DNA of 64,000 nucleotides from Octopus bimaculoides (lineage: Eukaryota): positions 627,424 through 691,423 of the forward strand of contig NC_068982.1 in the NCBI RefSeq assembly GCF_001194135.2. Reading direction: 5' to 3'. Positions 26,801 to 41,800 of this stretch are shown one piece after another. Both the position numbers and the translations under genes were made by a program. Each line of letters starts with the position of its first letter. Within the stretch, counting starts at the first letter, position 1. A model generated the notes under the pieces. It worked only from the letters and a program-made list of their open reading frames with translations, searched no databases and was not told where the DNA came from.

Positions 26801-29800
26801 TCTTCTTCTTCCAATTCTTCTTCTTCTTCTTCTTCTTCTTCCAATTCTTCTTCTTCTTCTTCTTTTTCTTCTTCTTCCAATTCTTCTTCTTTTTCTTCTT
26901 CTTCCAATTCTTCTTCTTTTTCTTCTTCTTCCAATTCTTCTTCTTCNNNNNNNNNNNNNNNNNNNNNNNNNNNNNNNNNNNNNNNNNNNNNNNNNNNNNN
27001 NNNNNNNNNNNNNNNNNNNNNNNNNNNNNNNNNNNNNNNNNNNNNNNNNNNNNNNNNNNNNNNNNNNNNNNNNNNNNNNNNNNNNNNNNNNNNNNNNNNN
27101 NNNNNNNNNNNNNNNNNNNNNNNNNNNNNNNNNNNNNNNNNNNNNNNNNNNNNNNNNNNNNNNNNNNNNNNNNNNNNNNNNNNNNNNNNNNNNNNNNNNN
27201 NNNNNNNNNNNNNNNNNNNNNNNNNNNNNNNNNNNNNNNNNNNNNNNNNNNNNNNNNNNNNNNNNNNNNNNNNNNNNNNNNNNNNNNNNNNNNNNNNNNN
27301 NNNNNNNNNNNNNNNNNNNNNNNNNNNNNNNNNNNNNNNNNNNNNNNNNNNNNNNNNNNNNNNNNNNNNNNNNNNNNNNNNNNNNNNNNNNNNNNNNNNN
27401 NNNNNNNNNNNNNNNNNNNNNNNNNNNNNNNNNNNNNNNNNNNNNNNNNNNNNNNNNNNNNNNNNNNNNNNNNNNNNNNNNNNNNNNNNNNNNNNNNNNN
27501 NNNNNNNNNNNNNNNNNNNNNNNNNNNNNNNNNNNNNNNNNNNNNNNNNNNNNNNNNNNNCGCTAAAGATGGCCAGAGCTCTTCGAATTGTTAGTACGGT
27601 GGGCAAAATACTTAACAGCATTTCATCCGTCTTTACGTTCTGTGTTCAAATTTCACCAAAGTTGTCTTTGCCCCTCTTCCTTTTGGAGTCAATGAAATAA
27701 ATGCCAGTTGAACACTGGGGGATGGGGTGGGGTTGTCAACTTACCCCCCCCCCACAAAGTTCATGTCTCATGCCTAGAGTAGAAAGGATTATTATTATTG
27801 CGTAGAGTGTAGGACAAAATGTCTTATGGTAATTAGTTATTCCTCTTTATGTTCCTGAGTTTAAATGATGCTTGTGCCCACTCTGAATTTATCCTTCCTT
27901 TCCGTGATCAATAAATTCATTATTTATCAATCAATCAGATGAAATGTTGTGGGAACATACACCTATCTTATACAAATCGTTGGTATCCTTAATACAAGCG
28001 ACACTTGCTTTTTAATCGTTTTGTATTTTTTCATTCCACCCCTCCTCTATATTTTGAGTTTATAATCTACTAACATTGCAATAGTAATAATTATTTTACT
28101 ACAGATGTTGTGAGTTTGTCAATTCTCTCTCTTTCAGAATGCCTTTGCCATCAACAGGGTCACTGGGGATATCACCTTAAAGATGAAGCTATACCACAGT
28201 TTGGTGGCTACAATTGCATTTGAAGTCCAAGCTCGGGACTTGAATGCCGATGTTAGCAGCAGCAATCAGGTTACCCAAGGTGAGCCCTTATTTCTTAAAC
28301 TATAATAAGCGTTATTGTCGCAGCCGCTACCGTCATCGTTGTTGTTCTCCTCCTTCTCCCCCCCCCCATCATTATCATTAACAATGCACTAACTGCAATA
28401 TTTTTTATAAGAATTAGACCAGTTCAGTCGGTATAAGTATGTCGTGAAGTGAATTAGTCTTACTTAGTATCTTACTAAGCCAAATTACTTCAACTTGGAT
28501 AAAAGGTTAAGTTGATCTGTAAGGATTTGGAATCAGTACAGGAATGAAACAAAGCTAATTTACTTCTCAGAGGTGTTGCGTGAGATATTCTAAAGAAAGA
28601 AATATGGAAATCAGGTCATTAATTATCTTTTCCAAGAATAGCCTTGTCAGTGTTTTCATAAAAAAAAACAAACAAAAAAACCCCCCATATTGAAGCAAAT
28701 TTCCGTACATTATATTTCCCGACTGCGGACTGGCTGGACAATCATCTATAGTAATGCTTAACTTTTCCAGAAGAAATTGTGAAACTTTTTCAATCAATAA
28801 TTAAATGTGGGTTACATACCTGATATACTTGCTTCATAGAGACTCCATGATCTTTTAAAGTGCTTCGAAGTTACTGCTTCTAAAAATATTTCCTATTTAA
28901 TGGCTGTGGTTGTCATTTATGAGCTAAATTTCCCTGCAACTAATTCTTCTAAAAAAGTTGCATAAATAAATTAATTGCAAATCTCTGCTAAAAGTCAATC
29001 GATAAGAACAGCTGAACAGTCTGTAGAAAATGAGTGGAAGGTATACTGAAAATGTTGTAGGGAATTAGGAATAATGGTACACCATTCCCATGTGATAAGG
29101 GGTATGAGACAGTACGAGAGAGTAAGTAGTAGGCGGTCAGAGACAGTCATGTCTTTACTTGTTTTACTAAGTATACTGTATACCAAAGTGAGCGTTATAA
29201 CAAGCCAATAATTTAAGGATTATAACAGAAAGACAGATCTTAAGACGGGCATAATTTTTCCCAGAGACTTTCAAGCAGAGGATAAAGAAAATTTCTCTTA
29301 AATTATTCACAAGTGTTAAAAAGTTGCTGCTTGGAGATAACACTAATTGAATTCGTCGATCGTATCTGAACTGCAGGTTTGAAATCTTTCCCTTCTTAAT
29401 CGTCTCTGATCCTGTTTATTAATTTAATTGGTTGACTTAAGTCTAACAACTGTTATCACTTGAAAGATGGATTCAACAGTTAGTGGTGAGGGCAAGACTA
29501 ACTAGCAAGTTTTTTTGTCCTGTCTGATTATACTAGCAAGAGAACCTAAACTGAAAGGCCTCGAGGAAGTTTTAGAATTCAGCAACACTTTGGAGATTTT
29601 GGTCAGGTATTGAACCATATTTTATCAGTTAAAATTGGAAGAAGTGCAGATGGTGAGATAATTAACAGATTCTTATATTATCTAGAAAAAAGAGAGGTGA
29701 GATATTAAAAACTTTCTCCAAAGGCTTTATATTTCAAGTGATAGAGAATAACTTTTCTCAGATTTGGCATCACCAGGCACTGTCACTTCAAGCAAAGTTA

Positions 29801-32800
29801 CTTAAATATTGGTATCAAATTTTGTCACAAGGTCAGCAAGTTCATGAGAGGGGCTAAGCCAATTACATCAACCCCTGTGCTCAATTGGTACCTATTTTTA
29901 TCGACCCCGAAAGAATGAATGCAAAGTTGACCTCGGTGGAATTTGAACTCAGAACATAATAAAGACAGACGAAATGCTGCTAAGCATTTTGCCCCGCCTG
30001 CTGAAGATTCTGACTTCGCTGTCTGAAGTTATCTAAATATTGCTAATTAATATTTGTTGGTTTCCCTCTTATGTACATATTAAATAAACTAATTAAAGAT
30101 TGTGGTTAATTGTATCTTTTATCTTTTACTTGTTTCAGTCATTAGACTGTAGCTATGCTGGGGCAGTGCATGGCCACAGTCAAATTGATTTCTAATATTA
30201 TTGTTGTACTGTTGTAGCATACAGGCTTACTTGGGGTTATATGACAAGATGTAATAATGACTGGTTCTCGTTTTAGATTCAGTGGGTGAGTCTAATTTGC
30301 GAGATTTGAACATAACTAGGAGATAGACTGAACTAAATCCAATAACCAGACACTTGTGTTCCTTCTACTTCAGCGTGGAATTCTAAATTATTCATTAAAT
30401 ATGCTGAGTTGAAAGCAATGGGAAAAAGCCCCTGAATTGAAGTTCTGCAAGAGTTTTGTATTATTGTATTTTATTACTGTTCCATCTGACTTCACATTCT
30501 GACTCAGAAAAAGGATACTTGTGAAGTAAAAGTAGATTAAATCTTCAATAAAAAATATATTAAACATATTAAAATACTCTCTTTTTATTTACAGCTCGAG
30601 TCGTAATAATTACACAAGCATCACAGCGAACGCAGCCTTTCTTTTTACCTGAGACACCTGGTCAAAGTAAAAAGATATATGAAATAGAAGTCCCAGAAGA
30701 CAAACAGGTTGGGCTTTTGTTAACAACGGTCCGGGCAAAAGATCCTAAAACTGATCAGTTTGTATCTGACTATACTTTAGCGCCTGGTGGACAAGATGAA
30801 GGGTTTTTTAACGTTACAAGAAATGGTATGTTGAATAATTCATATTATTCACTTCAAGTTACCTCCTTACTCTATATTTTGCACAGTTTTTGTGTTATCT
30901 TTGTAATAAGATGGATAGATGAAAAAAACTTGCTATTCGTAAATATTAAGCTGTATAGTTCCATTTGACTTCATATTAGTTAGCTTGATAGCTTATAATT
31001 ATTTAGTTGTATTAATAACCATTATTGAACTGCAATAGTAATAATAATAATCCTTTCTACTATAGGCACAAGGTCTGAAATTTGGTGGGAGGGGCCAGTC
31101 GATTAGATCGACCCCATTACGCAACTGGTACTTAATTTATTGACCCCCAAAAAGATGAATGGCAAAGTCGATCTCGGCGGAAGTTGAACTCAGAACGTAA
31201 AGACAGATGAAATACTGCTAAGTATTCCGCCCAGCTTGCCACCTTAATAATAATAATAATAATAATAATGATAATAATAATAATAATAATAATAATGATA
31301 ATAATAATAATAATAATAATGATAATATTTGAGAAATTTTTCACTCTATAAATTGCATTCCTATTCAGCTGTTTCAAGTTGATAACGAATCCGGGATCAA
31401 ATATTATGCTATGTTGATGACCAGACCTTTGTGTCTACGTTTGCATGGAAAAACACTATTAGTAGAGGAGGTACATTCTTCAACCAATCTTCACTTACAT
31501 TTGTCAATAGGAACAATTCTTCCTTGAATGATAACACTTTCAGTGGAAATCCTCTTATTAATGTCCCGCTACGGTCCGACTAGTGTATGAGACAAAAATG
31601 ATGTAGATGGTTGTATGAGAACCATCAAATACCCTTAACGATCAATAGAAATGGTCATCATCTGCAGGAATTTGGTCCAGAAAATGGATTATCATGATTT
31701 AGTAAAAATGTCCAGAAAAAATTAATTTTGGACATACACTTTTCAACATGGAGTAATAACTCGATTATTAATTCATAAATTAGAACTGGATAGTGTTTAA
31801 TTGGTGGTTATTTAACGAGCCCGAAAGGATGAAAGATAAAGTTGACAGAATTAGAACTCAGAACCTAAAGATGGATGGAATCTTGCTAACTATTTTGCCC
31901 GGAGTGCTAACCATTCTGCCCCCCCCCCATATTCAGCCCAAACTGAAACAAATTATGAACATATCACTGATTCAATGGAGCAATCTTTGTTTTAATTCCA
32001 GGTGAAGTTATTCTCATCAAAGAACTCGACTACGAAAATAAGAACTATTCAAACCCTCTCAAGTTTGATATAATAGCTATTGCTGACCCACAGCGTAATG
32101 CCACTGCAGGAATGGTAATCACAGTGAAAGACATCAATGACAACAAACCCAAGTTCGCGAAAAATGTTCGTATAAAGTCAGCAGTTAATCTCTCTCGCTC
32201 TTTCTTTCTCTCTCGCTCTTTTCATACATACATGCATACGTACATACATAAATACACAAATGCATACATGCGTATGTACATACATACATACATACAGACA
32301 TGTGAACATACACACATTCTCATTTGTACCTACCACCTTAGTCCGTGTATCTACAAATTTATACAAAATTCTAAGATAAACAAGGTTTTCTGAAGAAAGA
32401 TCAAAAGAAACTGACTGGCGTTCTCTATTCCAATCTATTCGTGGCACAGTGAAGATTTGTAAGTTATTCCAAAGATTTTCCATCTGAGATTCTTTAGATG
32501 AGTCGATGCAGACACTAAAGTGTGTGCATTGACAACTCAACCACACAAATACTGGGGACTCTCCTAACTCAAAAAATCTTGTTGCTTTGTTTGCAACCAG
32601 CTTGAACTCTCTTAAGAAGAGCTTAAATAAAACTCAAAATATACGTACACACATGCATACATACATACATACTATTGAGAAATCTGCAGTTACTTTATCA
32701 AGATTACAAGTTCAGGTTTATACTTGTAATCATTGGGGCCCTGGGATATGTAACACACTGCCTAAATACCAATCTTGAGAAATTAGGCTTCTCAAAACCA

Positions 32801-33708
32801 GAAAGGAGAAAGCTAATTGGAAGACTACAGATTCAAACCATCACTGGAACTGTAAAAATCTGTAAAACTTTTCAGAAGTTTATCATTTAAATATATATGA
32901 GTATGTCTAGATATGTAACTATATGCATGAGAAGATATACATAAAACAAAATATACAAATCTACACATATACATACATACCTGCATTCAAAAATACCCTG
33001 TTGCTGATGTCAAAATTCAATAAAGGAGCCATGAATTTAGGTTAGAAACCAGCTCTTTCTCTATTGGCAAGAAATCTTCAAATAAACTGAATAATGATAT
33101 ACATATATAAATATATGGATACATGCATACATGCATGCATACATAAATACGTACACACACGTTCTGTGGAAAAAGTTTTCCACAGAGATCAGGTTTAGCT
33201 GCGCAGTTAAGAAGTTTCCTTCAGAATCGTTTGCTCTTGGTTTCCCTTCCACTGCACAGAACATTGGGCAGCTGTTCCGTAATATAACCGAAGCCAACCA
33301 TTATCCCATGAATTTGGTTGTGGAAGACTGAGTAGAAACAAACTTGTTTGTGTGTGTGTGTGTGCGTGCTTGTATGTCTGTATATGTGTGTGTGTGTATG
33401 CGCGTGCACGTCTGTGTGTGTCTGTGCTTGTCTGCACATTGGTTGATAGCCAGTGTTGGTTTGATTACATCTCTGTTAATCCATCGGTTCGACAAAACAG
33501 AACGATTGAATAAATAAGAGGCTGAGAGTCTAAATACAGGGATCGATTTGTTAGACTAAACTATTTGAGGCAGTGCTCCAGCTTGGTCGCAGTGAAACGA
33601 CTGAAGCAAGTAAAAGAACAAAAGAGAAAGAATAAGTGATCACCCCTAACCCTAACCCTAACCCTAACCCTAACCCTAACCCTTACCCTCCTCACACACA
33701 CCTGTGCG

Positions 33709-33744
<36 letters not shown>

Positions 33745-36700
33745 CAGTGCAAGGCTGGCGTATAACAAGTGTGGGTGCAAGTGTACACGTGTGTGGGCTG
33801 GTGGGGAGAGTTGTTGGGGTGTTGCTATGTAAGAATTGTGATTGGATTATTTTTACAAGAACCGTAACAAATGATCGACTAATAAAAAGTACAATGGCAG
33901 CAAATAGGCCGGGAGTAACAAGACCATTGGTCAAAAACCAGGTTGGAAAGACTCTGGTTGGTAATGTGAGAGATAAAAGAAAAAGATTTCTGCTAATTTT
34001 GTTTTACTGATGCAATGTTTTTCACGAGATTGTTGTGGACCTTAATTGATCAGAACTGTTATGAATGAATACTAATGTTATTAAATATTGTATAATATTT
34101 TATGCAGGTATATTATTTCGAGGTGAAAGAAACTACTCGATATCCAAATGTTGTTGGCAAGGTTTTGGCAAGTGATAATGACGAAGGAGAAAACAGCAGG
34201 ATTTCCCTTTTTCTTGAAGGTCCTAACCGTAACGATTTCCACATCACTGAATCCGTAAGTACAATCGTAACTTTACTATTATGAATTCTACTCTTACTCG
34301 TCTTATAACAGTTAAGATGTTATAAAACATAAACTATGTCTGCTGTGTGCTCCATCCTCTGCACACATCACAGATACGGATGTGGATATAGACGAACAAG
34401 CTGCCTACTTTTCTGAAACGCAGCATTTTTGTGCAGATATACAAAAACAAGAGTTGTGGAGTTATTGCTTTTTTTTATTGGTTTCGTGTAATTATTGACA
34501 AACCATACATACAACTAATTATCGTACTCATATTTTAATATTTACACAATAATGTGTCAACTCTTTCAAAATTTGGACCCAAACTTGTGATTTTCATTAT
34601 AATTTTCAATCTTTCCTCTCACCTTATACATCTAGACACCTGAGTATGTTTAGAAAAGACATGTATATTTGCCGTACAGGTCTCGTTTAAGTAAAAGGAA
34701 ATGCAATGCAAATTCATTCATTCAATATATCTATCTATCTATCGACATACATATGCACACGTGAGTGTATATACACACACACCACTACCATCATGCTATC
34801 AAAACCACTCCACCACAACCCCATACAGGTCAACCACAGCACAAATAGCAGCCAAACCTCACTAAAATTATTCCCAGCCTTTTAGAAAAAAGGACTTAGA
34901 ACATGTCGCTAAAAACACTAAACTTCATAGACCAAAGGTAACTTTGGGATAAACTATATCAACAATCACCCCAACATTTCACCAGCACCAGCACCAGCAC
35001 CAGCACCAGCTCCACCACCACCACCACCATCACTCTGAGTGTTTTGATTCTGGAGTTGTCGCGATGAAAGAATGATTTCAAACTTTTTAACTTTGGCTGG
35101 TGATCCCACATTTGAGAACTGTACTTGACTGGGAGCTATTTTATGGACACTCACCAGGATGAAAAATAAAGTCCATATCCATGCTTTTTGCTAAGTACAT
35201 TATTTGCAAGTCCTTTAACACTCTACCACTTTTGTATCACTTTGCTCTTTTGAAAAGAAACCCACTAGATTTGAACCTTGTATCTGTCAGTTATCTATAA
35301 AGCATCCTAACAGTTGTATCATTCTTCAGTTTCTCAATACGAATTAAATGAATGATTATTGTTTACTAAAATATTGCCATCTTTATTATATTTGCAGGGA
35401 GATATTATCGTAAACCGTGGTGCAGAATTAGATCATGAAACTAATAAGATTTACAATCTTCAAGTGGTTGCCACAGACAATCCTACAGGTCAGGTGCATC
35501 AAAAGACAGCCGTTAAGGTAAATCTTTATCATTATATAACACACGTAAAAAGCACTGGTGCTGGTGTCACACAAAAAGTACCCAGTACACTCTGTGAAGT
35601 GGTTGGTGTTAGGGAGGGCATCCAGCTGTAGAACAATGGAGTCTAGTGCAGCTATCCATCTTGCCAGTTCTTCTCTAACTGTCCAACCCATGCCAGCATG
35701 GAAATCAGACATTTAATGATGAAGATGATGATAATTATATAACTCATGGCTACAAGTCGATTACCAGTAAATACTATTTCTATGGATAATTCTATTTAAT
35801 CCTCATAGATCAATTCAGCTTGCTCTAAATTCTAACCATGGTTAATTTAGCTCATTGCTTTATCAATTAGCTATAGACTAATTTTTTTCTCATTCACAAA
35901 CATCTATCCGATCGTTATTTATCCCTAGTAACCATAGTGTCAAGAAAATGAATGTTAAATCTTTACGTAAATAACATTTTTGTCTTCCACATGTTGCTTT
36001 TTTAAGACGTTGAAATTAAACTCAGTATCAAAGACTAATGAAATATTCATTTATTACTCACAGTATTTCGCCTCTTGTGGCTTGTTTAGACTAATTGAAC
36101 AAACTATTTTATTCGACAACAATTTAGTGGGATGTGAAACTGGTCATTGACTAAAAAAGGAGAAAAAGGGAAATGATGATCTCACCTTCAAATCATTATT
36201 TCGTGTCCTGCAACGTTAGCTCTTGGCACTCTCTGACATCACCTGGAACACTCTCTAATTTGCTAGCTCGCAATTAAAAGCACCCTATTGAAGTGAAATA
36301 GGCATTAGGAAACTACTCTGGTATTCTCTTCCCCAAGTGACTGAAGAATCAGTGTTTTAATGATACTTTCCAAAATATTAAACGATTAAATGAACAACCA
36401 AAACAAAATTAGCCACAAGTCAAATGTGACGTGGGGTAGAGAGATCCCAAACGAACTATATAATTAAATTACTTCAAAAAATTGGCATAAAAATTTATAC
36501 AAATATGGACCATAGGCATAAACGAAGAAAGACTAATGCTTTAAATTAGATTCTGCAGAACTGCGTGGTTAACAGCAACAGGATTTTGAAGGCTCACTTG
36601 TCTTCAGTTTTAGAGAATCAAGTCAGTAAAAGATAAACACCCTTTTAGACTTTAGAGGTAACATACCTAAATGATTTGACTGTTGTTTCTGATAGCTCAA

Positions 36701-38765
36701 TGAACAGCAGTAAATAAAATCTAGGTTTTGTAAAGACATATCGAGAATTGAACTGAAGATTTTAATATGAGCTGGTGGTCCACTACATCAGACTATGAAG
36801 TCATTTCATGTCTATTCACAGTGAAGTTGTTATGAACATATCAATGAACACCATAACTATTTATAAAAATGAACATATCAATGCTTGTGTTTGTTTCTAA
36901 TGATTTACACAAACAACTCTATCAGTTACAGTTAACTGGGAACATAATTATTATTTTAAGATGTTAATCTGATTATTGTCATTTTAAAAGTATTGTCAAT
37001 TATGAAAGTATTGCTTTGTATTGAGGTTTATACTTTTTAACTTTGTTATTCTGTCCTTGAAATCTGGTCAAAATGAAACGTAGTCAGACATATAAAATGT
37101 AAGGCATGAGAATTAAAACTGAGAATTAAATGACAAGCTTTAATTGTGGCGGAGCTTTCTAATGATTCCCCAAAGTTAATGATTGGTAACTTCACACAGG
37201 AACTAGAAAAACACAATTCACGTTTTATTATATATTTAATAGGAAAGGCAGTGAGCCGGCAGAATCATTAGCACGCCGGGCAATGCCACTATGTTCTGAG
37301 TTTGAATTCCACCGAGGTCGACTTACCTTTTCATCCTTTCGGGGTCGACGAAATAAGTACTAGTTACCTACTGGGGTCGATGTAATCGACTAGCCCCCTT
37401 CCCCCAGGCCTTGTGCCTAGAGTAGAAATAATTCTATATTTAATATGTACAAATACATGACCATGAGTACAATCACTTGTACATACATAAATAGATAAAT
37501 AAAAATTTATCGAGAAACATAATTTAGAACATGTGTGTGTGAAGATATATAATTTTTTCTTTCTTAGTTGTAGTGCACCTAGCACTGTTATACAACAATT
37601 TCTTTCATATGCATATACATACACACACACACACACACATACACACATATATATATTTATTGAAACGTAATAAATATCAGAGAAGCAAATGATTTGTTTG
37701 TTTTAGCTGACTATTAAAGTACTGGATGAAAACGACAACAGGCCTGTGTTTCAACCAAGTTCGAAATACTTATTTAGCGTTCAGGAAAATGCCCCTGCTG
37801 GAACGTTAGTTGGTCAAGTTACAGCTAAAGATGATGACTCCAATGAAAATGGAAGATTATCCTACAGTTTCATAACAGGAAACCTTTTTAACGGTATTTA
37901 CTATTGGCTATTAATACATTTACACACCACAAACTGTTTTTAGTGTATCTTTCTGACAATGTCTTTATGTCTCACATATTTGTATGTATGTTCTCTTCTA
38001 TTTTTAATTATTTGAAGACTTCCTCTAAGAAAGGCGCTGATTTCTAACAAGGATACAAAGTTTCATCATTGGAATGAAGAGAACAAAAACAACGACACAT
38101 TATAAACTTGAGAAAAGTCTTGCATATTTTTACTGTTTTGCCTACAGATTGTATTAATAGTATGTGCATTAGCTGGTTGCTTTAGTTTTTTGAAAATCCT
38201 AGCTTTTTCAATTATCACTTAGCTATTAACAAGATTAAATGCACCAATTGTTATTAGTATAAATATGAATTTGTTATCTGGATATGGAAACTGCTAGCTT
38301 CCAAGTAACTGTCTGTAGCTTTCCTCTTTCTCTTTGATTTTCAAAAAGATATTCATGTCAGAAGTCCAGCTGACTGCCATGGCATTACATACTTTTTCTT
38401 GTCTCTCAAGTGACAATATTCGGCCTGTTATGTTTGCATTTGGTGGTAGAAGTCTTTATGGGAATGTTACAGCAACAAAGTTATCTCACATAGTACCTTG
38501 ATGAGATTCTTTTGGCAGCTGCTGTTCATATGTGTCATGTATTCCACACAAATGTCATATAATCTACATTTACGGTTGTATCATGGACCTCCAAGGGATT
38601 CACACTATCTCCTTTGTTCATGAGGTATTTTGTAGCAATCTGGTTGCTCATGGATTTCAAACTCATAACCTTTGAAGTGTTATGTAGCGGTCACAAGTCC
38701 AAAAAAGGCAACGTTTCCTCATGGCATGTATGCACTTATGCGTGTGTGTGTGTGTGTATGTGTGT

Positions 38766-38829
<64 letters not shown>

Positions 38830-41800
38830 TTCATGGTGTTCAAACTGGTTGTTGACAGTAAGAAAGCTGTCAAGACAGTTCCTTGTGTTTGTAAATATGC
38901 GGTTGACTCAGTGTATGCATGTAGGTAGGGCTAAGGACCTGCGCTGATGTTGTGTGTGGCCATGTCTCTTTAGTGCTCAAGTGTCTGTGCACGCGTATTC
39001 ATGCGTACATGATTACTTTTTACATATGCTTCTTTGTAAATGCACAAAACCAAGTATATGCATGTATATATGTATATATGTATGCATGTATGCATCTATG
39101 TATGTATGTATGTATCCATGCATGCATGCGTGCATGTATATATGCATGTATGTATGCAAATACAGATGTACATCTATCTATTTCTGTTTCTACCTTTCTT
39201 CTACGTGTGAATCAATACCTGTGTCTATATATCAAAACAGTTATCCTGTTTTTCTTATCCCCGCTGTTTTCACACTGCCATCCTGCCTGTCTGCCTGCAA
39301 TACGTATTACAACCAAGTGCTTTCGTGTAATACATTATAGCTCTGGGCTTAAACATGGTGAACAGTTTACCATGTTACGATCATAAAAGAAATCTACAAA
39401 GAAATATTTCATATGAAGTAAGGCACTCATCATCATCATCATCATCGTCGTTTAACGTCTGATTTCCATGCTAGCATGGGTTGGACGATTTGACTGAGGA
39501 CTGGTGGACCAGGAGGCGACACCAGGCTCCAATCTGATTTGGCAGAGTTTCTACAACTGGATGCCCTTCCTAACGCCGACCACTCTGAGAGTGTAGTGGG
39601 TGTTTTACGTGCCACTGGCACGAGGGGCAGTCAGGCGGAACTGGCGACGGCCACGCTCGAAATGGTGTGTTTTACGTGCCACCTGCNNNNNNNNNNGACC
39701 ACTCTGAGAGTGTAGTGGGTGTTTTACGTGCCACTGGCACGAGGGGCAGTCAGGCGGAACTGGCGACGGCCACGCTCGAAATGGTGTGTTTTACGTGCCA
39801 CCTGCACAGGAGCCAGTCCATTAGCACCGGCGACGATCTCATTCGAATGTCTTTTCACGTGCCACTGGCACAAGTGCCAGGGAGCAACGTTGGTACCGAT
39901 CAACGGCCATGCTCGAAATGGTGTATTTTACGTGTCATCTGCATAGGGGCCAGCCAATCGGCTCTGGCAACGATCTCACTCGAATGTCTTTTCACATGCC
40001 ACTGGCACAAGTGCCAGGAAGGCGACGAACGATCTTGCACGAATGTCTTTTCACGTGCCATTAGCACAAGTGCTAGAAGGGCGACGTTGGTAACGATCAT
40101 GCTAGTGCTATTTACGTGTCGCACTGGTACAGGTGCCATTTCGATTTCACTTGCCCCAACAGGTCTTTGCAAGCCGAGTCTAGTGTCCAACGAAGGAATG
40201 TTACGCGTAAGTTTGCTGGCTACATCCCTGGCAGAGGCCTTGGATTTTTGGTCTCACTTGGCTTGCCGGGTCTTCTCGCACACAGCCTATTTCAGCATAG
40301 CACGCACAGCATGTTTCCAAAGGTCACGGTCACTCTGTTCTGATAAAACATATAAATCTACAAAACACATTGAGGGATAATATACTCTCTGTTTCTTGCT
40401 CTCTCTCTCTTTCCCTCACCTTCTCCCTTTATCTTCTATCTCTTTCTTCCCCTCCTCTCACTCTCTCTATATGAATATACATGCATACACACACATTTAT
40501 ACATATATACAAAAATGTTGAACGATGAAAATGAATGCTCAACACTGCATTGGGGGATATAATTTCTTTATTTGTGAATTAAGGCTACCATCGGTTTCAT
40601 TTTAAGGAAAGTAAGAAAATATCCTAGTATCTTAACAATTTTTCAAGTCGAGCACATCGAGATAGGTGTTTGCTTCCATTTTGGAAAACACAGCCTCATT
40701 TTGTTTGTGGGGGTTCTTGTAAATTCACGTGAATAAAACAATGAATCAAGGTACATTACTCTTGGGTGGCATCTTTTGGCTGTTTGTTTCCCTTGGATTT
40801 GTAATATGGGAAAATTGTTGTATGATCAATTTGTTTGCATTATTTTGTTTTTGTTCTGGGCACGGTGTTCTTGTACTTGTGTGCTGAGGTAGTTCGTCAT
40901 TGGAGCATATTTCTTCTGTGTATGGAGTTTGTGTACTATGTATGTTTACATTTAGGTAAGAGGCTATCCTGTTGGGGTTGCCATTGCAGATAGTGGCCCT
41001 TTTTTGAAATATTTGAGTGTACACTATTGTTATGTATGCAAGGAGAGAAGTTTCATCCCTGATGTTTAGGATGTTATCTGTAGAAGTTCACATTTGGTAC
41101 CCCGTCCTCTGTATTTTTGGCTTTAGCAATAATTTTCCATTCTATCTAAGGGTTGCTTATTCCACCTTCTTTCAATATTCATATTATATCTGACAGAGAT
41201 GTTGCATGTTTTTTTAATTTTTATCTCTGAATGACGGCAAATGTTGTGTATACCTTTCCTTGAATGAGTTACTTATCATTCCGCTACATGGCTTTGCTAT
41301 TCTGTTGGGGTCTGTGATCTTGGCCTTGTATATGAGTTCTTTCTCGAGATAGTTGTTGTTTAGAGGGCAGCAGTTTTGGGATCTACAGTTGCATTGTCTT
41401 TTGGGTGCGTTTATACTTATTGTGATTGAGTATTATTCCTTATATTGGGGAGGCAACTATAGCTAACTTTAACAATATTTCTGATGAAGATTTTATGGTA
41501 TTTGTGTGAATGTCGAAAGTGATTGTCTAATAGTTTTAAGAATTTCCTGGCTGTTAATAGAATTAGTTTTAAGAATTTACTGGCTGTTAATTCATGCTAT
41601 AAGGTGGGTTAAACCATAAGATTTTCCTCTGCCTACGTCTTCTTGGTCTATTTGTATGGTTCAATATAGTATATGCTGTCTTTGATAGACCTTTCTAATG
41701 CAATATATATATACTACTGGACCCTAGCGAAGGGAAATTTAGACAGTGTCACGTGACAACTTGCTGGGGCAGCCTGCTGGAGCCTAGCAGCAGGTATAAA

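Noticed and set aside
28105-28137. Possible 5-nt micro-exon ATGTT with GTGAGT donor just before exon 7
   Set aside because: The following intron would be only 28 nt and the frame would break.
34966-35154. Minus ORF ending in GGGGGAGAGAGAG
   Set aside because: Produced by (ACCAGC)n and (ACC)n repeats; no splice or homology support.
39583-39806. Roughly 105-bp perfect duplication across a 10-N gap
   Set aside because: Assembly overlap artefact is the simplest explanation.
39600-40135. Repeat-spacer pattern resembling a CRISPR array
   Set aside because: Spacers are related to each other, repeats are degenerate, the array lies in a LINE 3' UTR of a eukaryote, and there are no cas genes.
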